From a virus (taxonomy: Duplodnaviria > Caudoviricetes): 64,000 nt of DNA. Position numbers and translations under genes: made by a program. Positions within the stretch are counted from its first letter, which is position 1, and every line of letters begins with the position of its first letter. This document shows positions 37,967-48,382 of the stretch, piece after piece. The notes below the pieces were generated by a model. That model searched no databases, had not been told where the DNA came from, and saw nothing but the letters and a program-made list of their open reading frames with translations. The stretch spans positions 36,977 to 100,976 of IMG/VR virus record IMGVR_UViG_2898571807_000002; one strand, given 5' to 3'.

Positions 37967-38442
37967 GTGGTCTCCTCAGGGCCGGGGCAGATGAACGGGT
38001 ACGGCAGGTCGCGGCGTCCGGAGCACGCGGGGCAGTCCTCGGCGTTGCCGCCGGTGTGCTCGGCGGGCGGCGTCGCCTCCGGCTGGTCAAGGGCGGCGAG
38101 GACATCGGCGGCGGGCACGCGCGCGGGGAACGGCACGCCGCCGAGCATGAAGCCGGGGCCGTTCGCGGCCTTCTCCTGCGCTGCTGTGGCAAGGGCCCGC
38201 ACCCGTTCGGCAGCGGCGAGGGCCTCCCAGGCGCGAAGACTGTCCGCGGTCGGGTATCCGCTCACGTCGGCATCCCAACCGTCACGGTCGTCGGGCTCCC
38301 AGCGACTCACGGCGGCGGCGATCATGCTGAACAGGTCGTGACGCATGTCGGCGGGGAGGCTGAGCGGGACTTCAACGGCGACGGTCCAGGTGTCGACACT
38401 GGCCTGTCGGCCGCAGCCTTCGCAGGGGCGCGGGTGGCTCAA
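37963..38442 (-). CDS. Hypothetical protein
   Basis: AGGAG RBS before TTG; coupled. Confidence 0.55.
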   Translation of the reverse strand: MSHPRPCEGCGRQASVDTWTVAVEVPLSLPADMRHDLFSMIAAAVSRWEPDDRDGWDADVSGYPTADSLRAWEALAAAERVRALATAAQEKAANGPGFMLGGVPFPARVPAADVLAALDQPEATPPAEHTGGNAEDCPACSGRRDLPYPFICPGPEETT

Positions 38443-38599
38443 CGGGTCTCCTTCGGCTTCGGCGCGGTGATGCGGTGCCACCAGCGGGCGGGCCGCCATG
38501 CCGGGTACCGGCCGGTCGCGACCCAGGTCCGGCCGCAGCGGGGGCAGGCAACGCGGGCGCGGTGCGGGTGGTGCTCGGGGCGGCTCGGGGGCGGGCAGG

Positions 38600-39598
38600 T
38601 CATGTGAGCTCCTTCGACTGGTCAAGGGCAGCGAGGATGGCGTCGCGAGGAACAACTACCTGCACGTGGGTCTCGCCCTCGCCTCCCCGGTGGATCGCGA
38701 ACGCCCTGCCGGTAGGTGACGGCTCCAGGGCTTTGCGCACCCCATGCACGGCGGCTTCGTCCTGTTGGAGGCGCTCCTCGTGGCGGCTGGTGATGCAGGC
38801 GCTCATGTACCGGGTCGCCGTGTAGATCCGTTCGATGGTCGCGAGCCGCTCCGCAGGGTCGGCGCGGTTAAACCAGTGGAGCCACTCGCCCGGCGTGTAC
38901 ACGGCGGCGGGACGTTCGGCTGGTGGTTCGGTCTCACCCTCATGGATCGCTGCGAGCGCCCGCTCGGCCTGCTCGGCGCGGGCCTGCCAGGTGCTACTAG
39001 CCCCCCGGTCGAGGGCGGCTTCAAGGTCCGCAACTCGGACGACCTGCTCGGCGTCCGGTCCGGCGAGCATGGTCTTGTAGGCCATGACGTTGCGCACGCG
39101 TGCGATCGCATCCTCGGCCTGCTGTCGTCCGAGGCGCGCACCGTTGGCTATCTCGTTCCAGTCCTCTGCGTTCTGCCACGCGGACGCCGCTTCGGCTTCG
39201 GCCTGCTCGGCGCGCTGGGTCTGCTCGGCGAGCGCGGCCTCGGCCTTGTCGACGTCCTCTTCGGCGGACTTGTACAGGCCGATCTGGGTGGCGAGCGCTC
39301 GGCGCAGGTCGGCGATCTCGGCCTCAACGACGGGCAGGACGGCGTCGGCGCGGGCGAGGGAGTTCGCGTGGAGGTTCTCCAGGGTGCGCGGGTGGACCGG
39401 CGGGGACGTGCGGGCCGTCCCCGCCGCGTTGAGCGTCCACTTGTTGAGCGCCTCTGCCAGCCGATCGCGGAGCGCTGTGTCTGACGTTGACGCGAGCGGC
39501 TGGACCTCGGGTTCGGGTTCGCTGATCCGGTGGCAAATGCAGTCCGAGTTGTCGCAGAGCTGGTCACTGTCCGGCTCGGGTACAGTCGGTTCAGGCAT
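38600..39598 (-). CDS. Coiled-coil hypothetical protein
   Basis: RAEQAE repeats; GGAG RBS. Confidence 0.6.
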   Translation of the reverse strand: MPEPTVPEPDSDQLCDNSDCICHRISEPEPEVQPLASTSDTALRDRLAEALNKWTLNAAGTARTSPPVHPRTLENLHANSLARADAVLPVVEAEIADLRRALATQIGLYKSAEEDVDKAEAALAEQTQRAEQAEAEAASAWQNAEDWNEIANGARLGRQQAEDAIARVRNVMAYKTMLAGPDAEQVVRVADLEAALDRGASSTWQARAEQAERALAAIHEGETEPPAERPAAVYTPGEWLHWFNRADPAERLATIERIYTATRYMSACITSRHEERLQQDEAAVHGVRKALEPSPTGRAFAIHRGGEGETHVQVVVPRDAILAALDQSKELT

Positions 39599-40041
39599 AA
39601 GGGATCTCCTCGACACGGTAGGTCGGGCGACCGTCGCTGTAGCGCGGGATCAGGTTCTTGATCAGCCGGTCGGTCTCGTCGTCGCAGTACGGGCCGAAGG
39701 TGTTGCCGTCGCCCCCATCGGGGTCGAGGAGGATGACGAGGCGTCGGCCACGCGGCTTCTTGCAACCGTCGGCTGCGCAGATGTCGCTCGGCGCTGTGCG
39801 CGCTGGGCCGGTGCCTGGTGTACGGGAGTCGGTCACCGCGTCTCCCGGTGGCTTTGAGGCGCGCATGGGGCCTTCGTCGTGCGGCGGTCGATCTCCAGCT
39901 CGGCCATCTCGGCGTAGATGATCGCGGCGAGGCCGGTCGCCACCGCGCCGATGCTCGCGTGGAGCGGGTCCCTGGCGGCCCAGCCGACGACGCTGACCGC
40001 GACGACCATGGTCACGATGCGGATGATGCGAAGGCGCTTCA

Positions 40042-40641
40042 TCATCCCTCCAGGTGGACGTCGCGGTGTGCGGTCAGGTCCCCGCCCGTCCACGCGTCCG
40101 GGTCGCAGTTCGGGGCGCACTGACGGATCCCACCGCGCGGGTCGAGGACGTCGCCGTTGTGGCGCGGGATCAGGTGAACGTGCAGGTGGTCGATGCTGCG
40201 CCCGGCGGCCTCACCGTCGTTGATCCCGATCGTCCAACCGTCTGGGCGGCCGACCTTGGCCTCGACCAGGTTGCGGGCGTAGCAGAGGACGCCGTACAGC
40301 TCGGCGGACTCGGCGCCGTCCAGGTCGAAGGTCGAGACGACGTGCCGCTTGGTGACCAGCTCGACGTGCCCCGGGTTGGCCGGGTAGGCGTCGAGGCGGA
40401 TGTACCAGGAGGCGGACTCGCCGAGGATGGTGTGCGCGGAGCGGTCGCAGAACAGGCAGCCGTGCTGAGCCCTTGCCGTGGGCTCGCCCGTGCGGTCGAC
40501 GGTCACCGCCGTTCCGGTCGTATCGCGTCGGCAGTGGCGACCAGAGCCCCTGCGGTGCGGGTAGAGAGCCGACTCCGGACCGCCGCAGTAGCAGTTCTCC
40601 TCGGGAGGCCAGCGCCTGCTGGGCATGCGGTCCCCCGTCAT
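40042..40641 (-). CDS. HIT family nucleotide hydrolase
   Basis: CLFC, YPANPGHVELV, GINDGEAAGRSIDHLHVHLIPR (HxHxH). Confidence 0.9.
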   Translation of the reverse strand: MTGDRMPSRRWPPEENCYCGGPESALYPHRRGSGRHCRRDTTGTAVTVDRTGEPTARAQHGCLFCDRSAHTILGESASWYIRLDAYPANPGHVELVTKRHVVSTFDLDGAESAELYGVLCYARNLVEAKVGRPDGWTIGINDGEAAGRSIDHLHVHLIPRHNGDVLDPRGGIRQCAPNCDPDAWTGGDLTAHRDVHLEG

Positions 40642-41201
40642 GACTCGCCCCGCCCGATCTCCCGGGCCTGCCGGATCGCCTCGTTGAACGCCGCCTCACC
40701 GGCGACGCGGTGGCAGTTGTGCTCGTCACCGGCGTCGCACGGGTTCACCTCCTGGGGCTCCGGAGCGGACCACTCGCGCATGGTCGCTTCGAGCCTCGCG
40801 ACCTGTGCGGCGGCCACACGCTCGCGGACTCGCCGCTCGTGCTCGCCAGGCCTCGCCATCTCACACAGCCGGACCGTGTCGTCCGGTGTCCGCTGGGCGG
40901 CCTCGGTCTCCCGGTCGGCGATCTCCTCCGGCGTTCCGAACATCCATCGTTGGAACACTTGGAGGGCGCGATCAGCGGCCTCGTCGGCCGAGTGGAGCAC
41001 CACAGCCGGATAGCCGTCATCGGCGGTCACCGTGTGGGACGTGAGGCCAGCCGCGACCAGGAGACCGCGCAGGTCGTCCTTGCTCGGCGGGACCGGTTCA
41101 GGGGCGTGTCCGCAACGTCCCCAGACGAGCGTGTGCTCGCCCGCCTTACGGCATTCACGCGCACACCCCTCGAACTCGGCGGGCACTTCGCTGGGCTTCA
41201 T
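40638..41201 (-). CDS. Hypothetical protein
   Basis: GGAGG RBS; coupled. Confidence 0.55.
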   Translation of the reverse strand: MKPSEVPAEFEGCARECRKAGEHTLVWGRCGHAPEPVPPSKDDLRGLLVAAGLTSHTVTADDGYPAVVLHSADEAADRALQVFQRWMFGTPEEIADRETEAAQRTPDDTVRLCEMARPGEHERRVRERVAAAQVARLEATMREWSAPEPQEVNPCDAGDEHNCHRVAGEAAFNEAIRQAREIGRGES

Positions 41202-41229
41202 CCTGCCTCCCGCACGGCGTCGAGCGTGG

Positions 41230-41670
41230 TCACAGCAGTCCTCCTTGAACGGTGACGTCAGCGGCGGGCACATGACACGGCACCGGCCACCCGTACGGCT
41301 TCGGGCCCGGCGGGTACACGGCACGGGGACGCGGCTCGTTCACCGGCCCGAGCATCAGCGCCGCGTGACAAAGATCCGGTTCACCGGGCTCCGGGAGACG
41401 GCACCAGCACGCGAGATCCCAGCCCGCCAACTCGGCGCGGGCTCGGGTGAGTAGCGTCTCGTCGCCGAGGAAGTCCTCCTCGAACAAGTCGAGCGCCTCC
41501 CGCAGCGTGTGCACCTCACCGCCGCACTCCCGGCACGGCTTCCCCACCCTGTGCTGGTTCCGGAACGGCGACTGGCGCAGGCCCGGCGCGGCACGGCCCA
41601 CGTACACGGCACCGACCGGAACTGAGCCGTGGAACAAGTCGCCCTGCACCTTCACACGGCGCGGCATCAC
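41230..41670 (-). CDS. DUF4326-like protein
   Basis: AVYVGR...SPFRN...ELAGWDLACWC...CHA. Confidence 0.8.
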   Translation of the reverse strand: MMPRRVKVQGDLFHGSVPVGAVYVGRAAPGLRQSPFRNQHRVGKPCRECGGEVHTLREALDLFEEDFLGDETLLTRARAELAGWDLACWCRLPEPGEPDLCHAALMLGPVNEPRPRAVYPPGPKPYGWPVPCHVPAADVTVQGGLL

Positions 41671-42503
41671 GCAGCCTCCAGGTTCCGGCGGCCACGGACC
41701 CGAACCCGCTGCAAGTAGGACTCGGCGACACCAAGCCGCTCCGCCACCTGACGCAGGGTGAAGCCCTGCCTGAGTAGTTCCTCGCAGTTCTCGAAGAGAG
41801 CGTCCTGCCTGGACGTCTCCGCACCCACATCAGGGACGGCGGCAGGGTCGTCGATGGTGTCGTCGTCCCATGCCAACGGCGGAACCCAGCCGCGGTCCCG
41901 GGCATAGTTCCGCGCACGGTTCGACGCGATCTTCTCCCGGTGCCCGTCGGCCGGCGGCGGCTCGTCCCACAGTTCGTCGTAGAGGGCGCGGGCGGCCCGA
42001 GCCGTGCGGCAGCGGACCGGCATGTCTCCCCGGAGCGCCTTGTTCAGGTTCGTCCTGTCCACGCCGAGCCGTTCCGCCAGCCGCGCTTGCGGCCACCCGA
42101 TAGCGACGAGCGCCTGCATCCGCCGACGGGTGCCTGTCCCGTCGACCATGGCGCCGTCTGCGAGGACGTCCATCGAGGGTTCGATCGCCAACAGCGCCGC
42201 CGCGGTCGCGGGACGGACGCGCTTTGACGGTGCCATCCCGCGAGGCCCGTCGCCGTACAGGAGCTTCGACATCGACCCCCGCGGGACACCGGAGAGTCTC
42301 GCGACCGTCATCCACCCGACGCCGAACTCCTGAAGCCGACGGACATGATCACGTACCGGGGCGGCGTCAACGTACGGTTGCCACTGCCCGTAGGCCATGA
42401 GCCGGTAGCGGCGGTTCATGTAGCGGCGGTCGGCTGCGCGGCATGCGTCGCAGTTGCAGCCGTCGATCTTGGCCGCGCCGAGCGTTCCGTGCTCGTACCT
42501 CAT
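41667..42503 (-). CDS. Multi-HTH DNA-binding protein
   Basis: HGT...CNCDAC; GTRRRMQALVAIGW; C-terminal QVAERLGV. Confidence 0.75.
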   Translation of the reverse strand: MRYEHGTLGAAKIDGCNCDACRAADRRYMNRRYRLMAYGQWQPYVDAAPVRDHVRRLQEFGVGWMTVARLSGVPRGSMSKLLYGDGPRGMAPSKRVRPATAAALLAIEPSMDVLADGAMVDGTGTRRRMQALVAIGWPQARLAERLGVDRTNLNKALRGDMPVRCRTARAARALYDELWDEPPPADGHREKIASNRARNYARDRGWVPPLAWDDDTIDDPAAVPDVGAETSRQDALFENCEELLRQGFTLRQVAERLGVAESYLQRVRVRGRRNLEAA

Positions 42504-42711
42504 GCTGCGGCCTCCACCAGCTCGCGCCCGCCCAGGTAGGCCAGCACCGCCCGCATCGCGTCATCCCGGGCCACAGGGCACGCGCCCGGATCAGCGGCCA
42601 CCCGCTCGATCCGCTCCGCCACCCCTGCCCACGCCCCGCACACGTGGTGGGCCCGCATCATTGCGGCGACCTCGCGCATGCCATCCTCAAGGGAATGGAT
42701 GTCGCCCGTGA

Positions 42712-43230
42712 TCACGCGGCATCACCGCCCCGGCGGGCGCGTGTCGTGAACCGACGCACCGGAATCCCGGCGGCCTTCGCCGCGCGCAGGCAGTTCTCCG
42801 TGCCGGACGACCGCCCGAGCGGGAACCCGACCGCCACATCCGGACGCGGCAGCTTCTCCACCATCGCCAGGTTCCTCCGCGGCCCCGCCCCCGGGCAGTA
42901 GTCGTCGAGTACGCCCGGGTGGAACACGTCGCCCGGCTTCTTCCGAACCCGGTGACGGCGAGGCGGACAGTCCGGGCCGCAGAAGTCCCAGTCCGCGGGC
43001 ACCGGGTCCACGATCAGGCTCCGGCCCTCCCGGTCGAACCAAGCCGCCTCCGACTCGCAGAACTCCTGGAAGATCTGGTCGGCGCCGCCGGGGCACGCGC
43101 CGTGCCGGATCACGATGTTCCGGGCTCCCGTTCCGGCGATCACCTCGTACAGGCTTTCGCCTATGAGGCCCGCGTCCTCGTGGTGGCGGGACCCTGTGGC
43201 GAGGATGCAGAACACGTCGCCGTTGTTCAT
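42712..43230 (-). CDS. SLOG family (YspA/DUF2493-like) protein
   Basis: LATGSR...HGACPGGAD...AGPRRNLAM...GFPLGRSSGTENC. Confidence 0.8.
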   Translation of the reverse strand: MNNGDVFCILATGSRHHEDAGLIGESLYEVIAGTGARNIVIRHGACPGGADQIFQEFCESEAAWFDREGRSLIVDPVPADWDFCGPDCPPRRHRVRKKPGDVFHPGVLDDYCPGAGPRRNLAMVEKLPRPDVAVGFPLGRSSGTENCLRAAKAAGIPVRRFTTRARRGGDAA

Positions 43231-43483
43231 GCCACGGCACCGCCCCGGGCCAGGCCGCCGCCGGGCACGCGCCCGTCAAGCGCCTCGTTCATCTGCTCGT
43301 CGGTCGCGTTGTCGAAGGCGTCGTCCCAGTCGACGAACGTGCCGTTCGCTCGCGCCTCGGCGAACACCTGCCAGTCCGGCGAGCACAGCCACACCGGGGT
43401 CTCGCCCCACTTCGGGTCGGCTCGGAACAGCGGGCGGGTCTGCCCGCACCGGTGGCAGGTACCAGTCCTCGGCTCGGGGGCGC

Positions 43484-43873
43484 TCACGCCGCCTCCCCAC
43501 GGCTCGTCGTCTCCGGACGGATCTTTTCCACGTCCGGCTCACACCGGTGGTCGTCTCTCCAGGCGCACACGTCCTCCTCGGAAAGCGGAACCTCGTCCTC
43601 CCACTCCTCCGTGGCCCGGGCGTCGCAGGTGTGGCACACCGCGTCCCAGGTGGGGTCGTCCTCTTCCGGCTCGGGAACACGCCCAGCGCAGCGAGGGCAG
43701 AACACCCGCTTTACCTGCTCACCGCCGAGGGTGGTTCCTGACCAGACCGTCCATCCGGCGACGCGTGCGGCGTCGGGGGCGGGCAGCGAATGGGAACCGG
43801 CCCGGGGGTTGTCGAAGGTGCGGGGGCAGTTCTGGCAGCGGATCACGGACCGCTCGGCCGCCAGCGCACTCAC
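43484..43873 (-). CDS. Zn-binding hypothetical protein
   Basis: Three CxxC motifs; coupled. Confidence 0.55.
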   Translation of the reverse strand: MSALAAERSVIRCQNCPRTFDNPRAGSHSLPAPDAARVAGWTVWSGTTLGGEQVKRVFCPRCAGRVPEPEEDDPTWDAVCHTCDARATEEWEDEVPLSEEDVCAWRDDHRCEPDVEKIRPETTSRGEAA

Positions 43874-44238
43874 GCCGCGGCCCGCATCAGGTCAGCCGCC
43901 GCGGCGTCCACCCGCTCGGGAGCGATCCCCGCAGCCCTCAGCCACGAGTCCAGCCACTCCCAGACCGCGGCACCGTCGTGCCAGTCACGCCACAGATCCC
44001 GCGCCACCTGGTCCGCCGCGTCAGGTGCGACCGTCTGCAGGACCTTCAGCAGCTTCACCAGGCCGTACACGTCGACCAGCCGGTTCCCGCCCGCCACGGC
44101 GTCGTCGGCGTCTCGGCCGTGGACCATGCGGTGTCGGTTCGCCTGGGCCTGCACCATCAGCGATCGGGCCAGCGACTCTGCGGTCACCTCCGACTCACGG
44201 CGCGGGTACGGGGCGATGTCGTTCAGGGGGTTGCTCAT
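43870..44238 (-). CDS. Hypothetical protein
   Basis: AAGGAG RBS; coupled. Confidence 0.6.
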   Translation of the reverse strand: MSNPLNDIAPYPRRESEVTAESLARSLMVQAQANRHRMVHGRDADDAVAGGNRLVDVYGLVKLLKVLQTVAPDAADQVARDLWRDWHDGAAVWEWLDSWLRAAGIAPERVDAAAADLMRAAA

Positions 44239-44612
44239 GAGATCTCCTTCGAGGGGTAGTCGGGCCGCTGACCGTCCAGCGGCGTCACATCGGCCGCGAG
44301 GCCGTCCGCCCAGTCCGCGGCAGCCAATAGAGCCATCGCCAGACGGCGGGCATCGTCGGTGGTGAGCGCATCGAAGTCGCCGCTCACCTCAGTCCGGACG
44401 TGCTCGGGGTAGGTGACGTACACGAAGCACGGCTCAAGCAGCTCGTCGTTAATCGTGCGGACCGTCCAGTCCTTCACCGGGTGCCACGCCGCCCCGGCGT
44501 TCCGCTCCGGCGCCCGGGTGATCACGGTCGGGCGGGGCTTCGCGGCGGTGTCGATCTGCGACAGCAGCCCCGCCACCTGATCCCGCAACCTGGCGAGCGT
44601 CTCGTCGGTCAC
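44235..44612 (-). CDS. Hypothetical protein
   Basis: LTTDDARRLAMALLAAAD motif, common in actinophage early genes. Confidence 0.6.
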   Translation of the reverse strand: MTDETLARLRDQVAGLLSQIDTAAKPRPTVITRAPERNAGAAWHPVKDWTVRTINDELLEPCFVYVTYPEHVRTEVSGDFDALTTDDARRLAMALLAAADWADGLAADVTPLDGQRPDYPSKEIS

Positions 44613-45463
44613 GCGATCACGTCCTCGAACAGCGCGTCATGCAACGCTGGGAACGGACGGTTCGACCACAGCACCTCCGTGCGCGGGGACCGCTGCGCCG
44701 CCTGGCCCGTGAACGTGTCGATCTCACACCGATGCCAGTCGCGGTACAGGTCGTCGTACAGCGGCGACGCATACCCCGACAGCACCACCGAGGCGGCGCA
44801 GTCCGTCAGCGCTTCCGCCACCTCGATGTGCTGGTCTGGTCGCGGCATCTCGTGCTTGTAGTTCGTGGACGTGCGGGTCTCTGCCAGGTACGGCGGGTCG
44901 ACGTACAGCAGCACTTCGGCGTGCTGCCCGTATCGGGCGATGACGTCCAGGGCGGGACGGCATTCGAGGGAGACGCGCTTGAGGCGCTCGGCCGCGGCCG
45001 CGATCCGGTTCACGTAGCCGGCCAGGTAGTCCGGCATCCCCGTCGTTCCGACCGGGCGGACGTAATGCCGCCACCCCGTCGTCCGGAGCGTCCCGGCGCG
45101 GCCCTGGGTAAGCTTCACCCACACCCGGCGGGCCTGCTCCAGCTCATCCGCCGCGGCCTCGTACGCGGCGGCGTGCTCAGCGCGGGCGTGCGGTGTCAAC
45201 GCACACACCCGCTCGAACTCCGCCGGCCGGGACCGCAGCACCCGCCAGAACGCGACGATGTCGCCGTCCAAGTCGTTCACGGTCTCCATCCGCGACGGAC
45301 GCTTCGCCAGAAGCACCGCCAACGACCCCGCGAACGGCTCCACGTAGTGCTTGTGTTCGGGAAGCAGCGACACGATCTGGCCTGCGATCTGGGTCTTTCC
45401 GCCGTAGTAGGCGATCGGGGGTTTCACGTTCGCCTCCCTGGCCTGTGGGAGTCGCAACGCCAC
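44609..45463 (-). CDS. DNA adenine methyltransferase (Dam/D12 class)
   Basis: YYGGK, YVEPFAGS, VNDLD, YVDPPY, TEVLWSN. Confidence 0.92.
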   Translation of the reverse strand: MALRLPQAREANVKPPIAYYGGKTQIAGQIVSLLPEHKHYVEPFAGSLAVLLAKRPSRMETVNDLDGDIVAFWRVLRSRPAEFERVCALTPHARAEHAAAYEAAADELEQARRVWVKLTQGRAGTLRTTGWRHYVRPVGTTGMPDYLAGYVNRIAAAAERLKRVSLECRPALDVIARYGQHAEVLLYVDPPYLAETRTSTNYKHEMPRPDQHIEVAEALTDCAASVVLSGYASPLYDDLYRDWHRCEIDTFTGQAAQRSPRTEVLWSNRPFPALHDALFEDVIA

Positions 45464-45721
45464 CCGCCCGTCACGCGGACCACCTCACAGGCGCGTCCCC
45501 CGACGGCTTGGGCCGCTCCACGGCAACCGACACCCGCCCCGGGCAGTCGCACCCCACCTCGTTGCACCAGCCGGACGCAGTCGCCCACACCGGGTCGTAG
45601 ATCGCCCACCCCTCCTTCTTCGCCCCGCCCGTGTGCACCGCGTTCTGGTGGCCGCAGCGGCCACACGGCTGCTCCAACTCGGCCAGCGGGACGTGGCGAG
45701 GCTTAGGCGACCGGCGGCGGT

Positions 45722-46084
45722 TCATGCGGCATCACCGTCGAACCAGGTCAGCGGCGACCGTGCCGACCACGTGCACGTCCACCGGTGCCCGCACCGCTGG
45801 CACTGGTAGCCGCCCGTGACGCTCCCGCCGTCGACGGCGGCGGCGTACGGGACTTCCCGGCGCTCGATGCAGCCCGGACAGCCGTCCACGAAATGCACCG
45901 CGCACGCCATGTCGTGAAGGATCTGCAGCCAGTCGTCCTGCGGCAGGTCCGCCTTCACCTCGATCAGCGCTCGGCGCAGCCTGACGATCGCGCGGGACGT
46001 CTGCCAGTACTCCGGCCGGGACGCGAACTCGTGATGGTCGAACGACCTGATGCCCGTGGGGTTCTCGTGCGAGGCGGTCACCAC
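45722..46084 (-). CDS. Zn-ribbon hypothetical protein
   Basis: CPGC...YQCQRCGHRW. Confidence 0.55.
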   Translation of the reverse strand: MVTASHENPTGIRSFDHHEFASRPEYWQTSRAIVRLRRALIEVKADLPQDDWLQILHDMACAVHFVDGCPGCIERREVPYAAAVDGGSVTGGYQCQRCGHRWTCTWSARSPLTWFDGDAA

Positions 46085-47373
46085 TGCCCCCCGGGAACGT
46101 CATCCAGGCCGGGGACGTAGTCCGTCCAGGGCCAGTCCCCGCCCGCCGTCAGGCACTCCGGCCAGTCCCGCTCGTCGCGGTCACCGCGCCACGGCACCAG
46201 GTCCACCGTGCGCTTCTGCTTGGCCTGCGCGTTGTCGGAGAACCGGATCCCGTACCCGAACTCCGGCCACCCGAGCAGCGCCGACGAACCCCGCGGACGC
46301 AGGTCCCGGCGCCCGCCCACGCCGAGGGAGTGACCGGCGTGCGCCTCGACCAGCACGCACGCGCCCCTCGCCCGGATCATGTTCAACACGGCGATGATCG
46401 GCGCGACATCGTCGTCGGTGTTCAACGCCCGCGGCACCATCCGGTACAGCGGACCGACCATCACCACGTCCGGCTGGATCAGCGCGACCCTGCGCATCAG
46501 CCACGACACGTCCCGGTCCAACGCCAGGTCCAGGCCCTCGGGGCGGATCTCCAGCCACAGGTTCGCCTCGTCGACCGGCCGGCCCTGCGCGCCAGCCTGC
46601 ACCACCAGCGGTCGGACCTTTCGGCGGGTGTGCGCGGGTCCGTTCTCGCAGTCCACGATCAGGACCCGCTTCGGCGCGATGTGCGCACCCGTGAACGGGT
46701 GGATGCCCGCGGCGATCGTCACGCCGAGCTGGCGGAACAGCGTCGTCTTCCCGGCGCCTTCCTGCCCGGTGAGGATCATCCGGTCACCGCGCTCTAGCAG
46801 GCCCGGGACAACCCAGTCGTAGTCTTCGTCGGGCACGGCGAGGAACTCCTTGATCGTCGGGGTGGTGATGTCCTCGTCCGCGTCGAAGTCCCGGACCGCC
46901 TCGATCTCCCGGACCGCCCGCTCCGCGATGCCGTGCGCCTCCACGCCCTGCTGCCGCGCCATCTGCACCACCCGCTGCCCGGCAGCAACCAGGCGGCGCC
47001 GTACGGCACGCTCACGCACGATCGCGGCGTAGTGCTCCACGTTCGCCGCCGACGGGACCTGCTCGATCAGCCGGAATAGGTACGGCGGCCCGCCCACCTG
47101 CCCCAGCGCGCCGACGCTTTCGAGGCGGTCCTTCACCGTGATCGCGTCGGGCGCCTGGTTGTCGCGGTGCGCCGCCGCACACGCCGTGAAGATCGTCCCG
47201 TGCGCGGGCCGGTAGAAATCCCCCGCCGACAACGCGGAGATCGCCTTCTCCGTCGCGTTGACCGACAGCATCATCGCGCCGAGCACCGCCTGTTCAGCAG
47301 CGATATCGCACGGCTGGAGAGTGTCCAACTCGTCATCAGCGACGGGGGGCGGCAGGTCGTGGTGTGTGGTCAT
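46078..47373 (-). CDS. Replicative helicase (DnaB N-terminal domain plus RecA/AAA_25 ATPase)
   Basis: AEQAVLGAMM...DFYRPAHGTIF; GQEGAGKT; PRGSSALLGW. Confidence 0.88.
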   Translation of the reverse strand: MTTHHDLPPPVADDELDTLQPCDIAAEQAVLGAMMLSVNATEKAISALSAGDFYRPAHGTIFTACAAAHRDNQAPDAITVKDRLESVGALGQVGGPPYLFRLIEQVPSAANVEHYAAIVRERAVRRRLVAAGQRVVQMARQQGVEAHGIAERAVREIEAVRDFDADEDITTPTIKEFLAVPDEDYDWVVPGLLERGDRMILTGQEGAGKTTLFRQLGVTIAAGIHPFTGAHIAPKRVLIVDCENGPAHTRRKVRPLVVQAGAQGRPVDEANLWLEIRPEGLDLALDRDVSWLMRRVALIQPDVVMVGPLYRMVPRALNTDDDVAPIIAVLNMIRARGACVLVEAHAGHSLGVGGRRDLRPRGSSALLGWPEFGYGIRFSDNAQAKQKRTVDLVPWRGDRDERDWPECLTAGGDWPWTDYVPGLDDVPGGQW

Positions 47374-48248
47374 GAGCGGTACATCCATTCATCCCGGGGG
47401 TTGATCTTCGGCTGCGTTGAACCACTCCCGTTGGGCGATGCGCGCCCCTTCTGCGCCTGGGCCTGGGCTTGGAGCCGCAACTTGTCGTACTGCTCGCGAA
47501 GCTTGGGCATCGACATGACGTTGCCGCGCCAGAACTCGTCGTCCTGGCACCAGTCGATGGCGCGGTGGATCTGTTCTTCCGAGCGCTTGTCGCTGTCGAT
47601 CAACAGACGGGCGGAGTCACGCCACTTCTTCGTGATCGACGGACGCTTGGAGCCGTGCTGCTCAACACGGTCAGCGAGGTGAGTGCAGAGTCGTTCGACG
47701 TCTTCTCGTCCCTCGTTGAGGTCGGAACGCTGCGAAGCAGCTTCCGATGAGGCGTCGTCCGACGCTCCCTCTCCTTCTCCCTCTCCTTCTTCACCTACAG
47801 AAGAGGGAGAGGGAGTGTTGGAAATGCCGTTACCGGAGAGAGACTCGTGAGGCCCTCCGGAGGCGTTCATGAAGTCCTCATGAAGATCGCTCCGGGATGC
47901 TCCGCAATCAGTCCGATTGCACGGAGGGATCTTCGACGGCCTCGGATGCTGCGGCTTCTGATGACTCCGCCACTCCGGAGCGTGCAGGTACCGCCGGTTC
48001 CCCACCGAGTACCGGCACAGCGACCCGGAGTCGGCGATCAACCCGATCCACTTGTCAATGTCACCCGCGGTCAGGTCATCATCGAGCGGAAGGCAATCCG
48101 CCTTGATCAGGCGCGCCTCGTCCACACCCCGGCCCGTGTCATCGAGATACCCCCAGAGCAGCACCCAGAAGTAGCGGACCTCACGCGGCCACTCGGCCGC
48201 CGTCAACGACGTCCGGAGCTCTGGTTTGACGCTGCGGATACGAGCCAT
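47370..48248 (-). CDS. Phage replication initiator
   Basis: MARIRSVKPE...LWGYLDDTGRG...HQKPQHPRPSKIP; C-terminal FWRGNVMSMPKLREQYDKL; upstream of the helicase. Confidence 0.8.
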   Translation of the reverse strand: MARIRSVKPELRTSLTAAEWPREVRYFWVLLWGYLDDTGRGVDEARLIKADCLPLDDDLTAGDIDKWIGLIADSGSLCRYSVGNRRYLHAPEWRSHQKPQHPRPSKIPPCNRTDCGASRSDLHEDFMNASGGPHESLSGNGISNTPSPSSVGEEGEGEGEGASDDASSEAASQRSDLNEGREDVERLCTHLADRVEQHGSKRPSITKKWRDSARLLIDSDKRSEEQIHRAIDWCQDDEFWRGNVMSMPKLREQYDKLRLQAQAQAQKGRASPNGSGSTQPKINPRDEWMYRS

Positions 48249-48292
48249 CAGATGAGGCGTCCCTCCAGTGAGATCGCGGATAGAGATGTCGA

Positions 48293-48368
48293 GGTCCAAG
48301 CCATGCCAAGCCACTCCGGACCAGGCCGAACCGCAGCCAGCCACTGCCATGCCATTCCGGCCCGGCCG
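48293..48368 (-). repeat. Orphan GGY-NN pentamer tract downstream of the accessory gene
   Basis: ...GGTTC GGCCT GGTCC GGAGT GGCTT GGCAT GGCTT GGACC. Confidence 0.75.
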
Positions 48369-48382
48369 CGTGAAGTCCTGCG

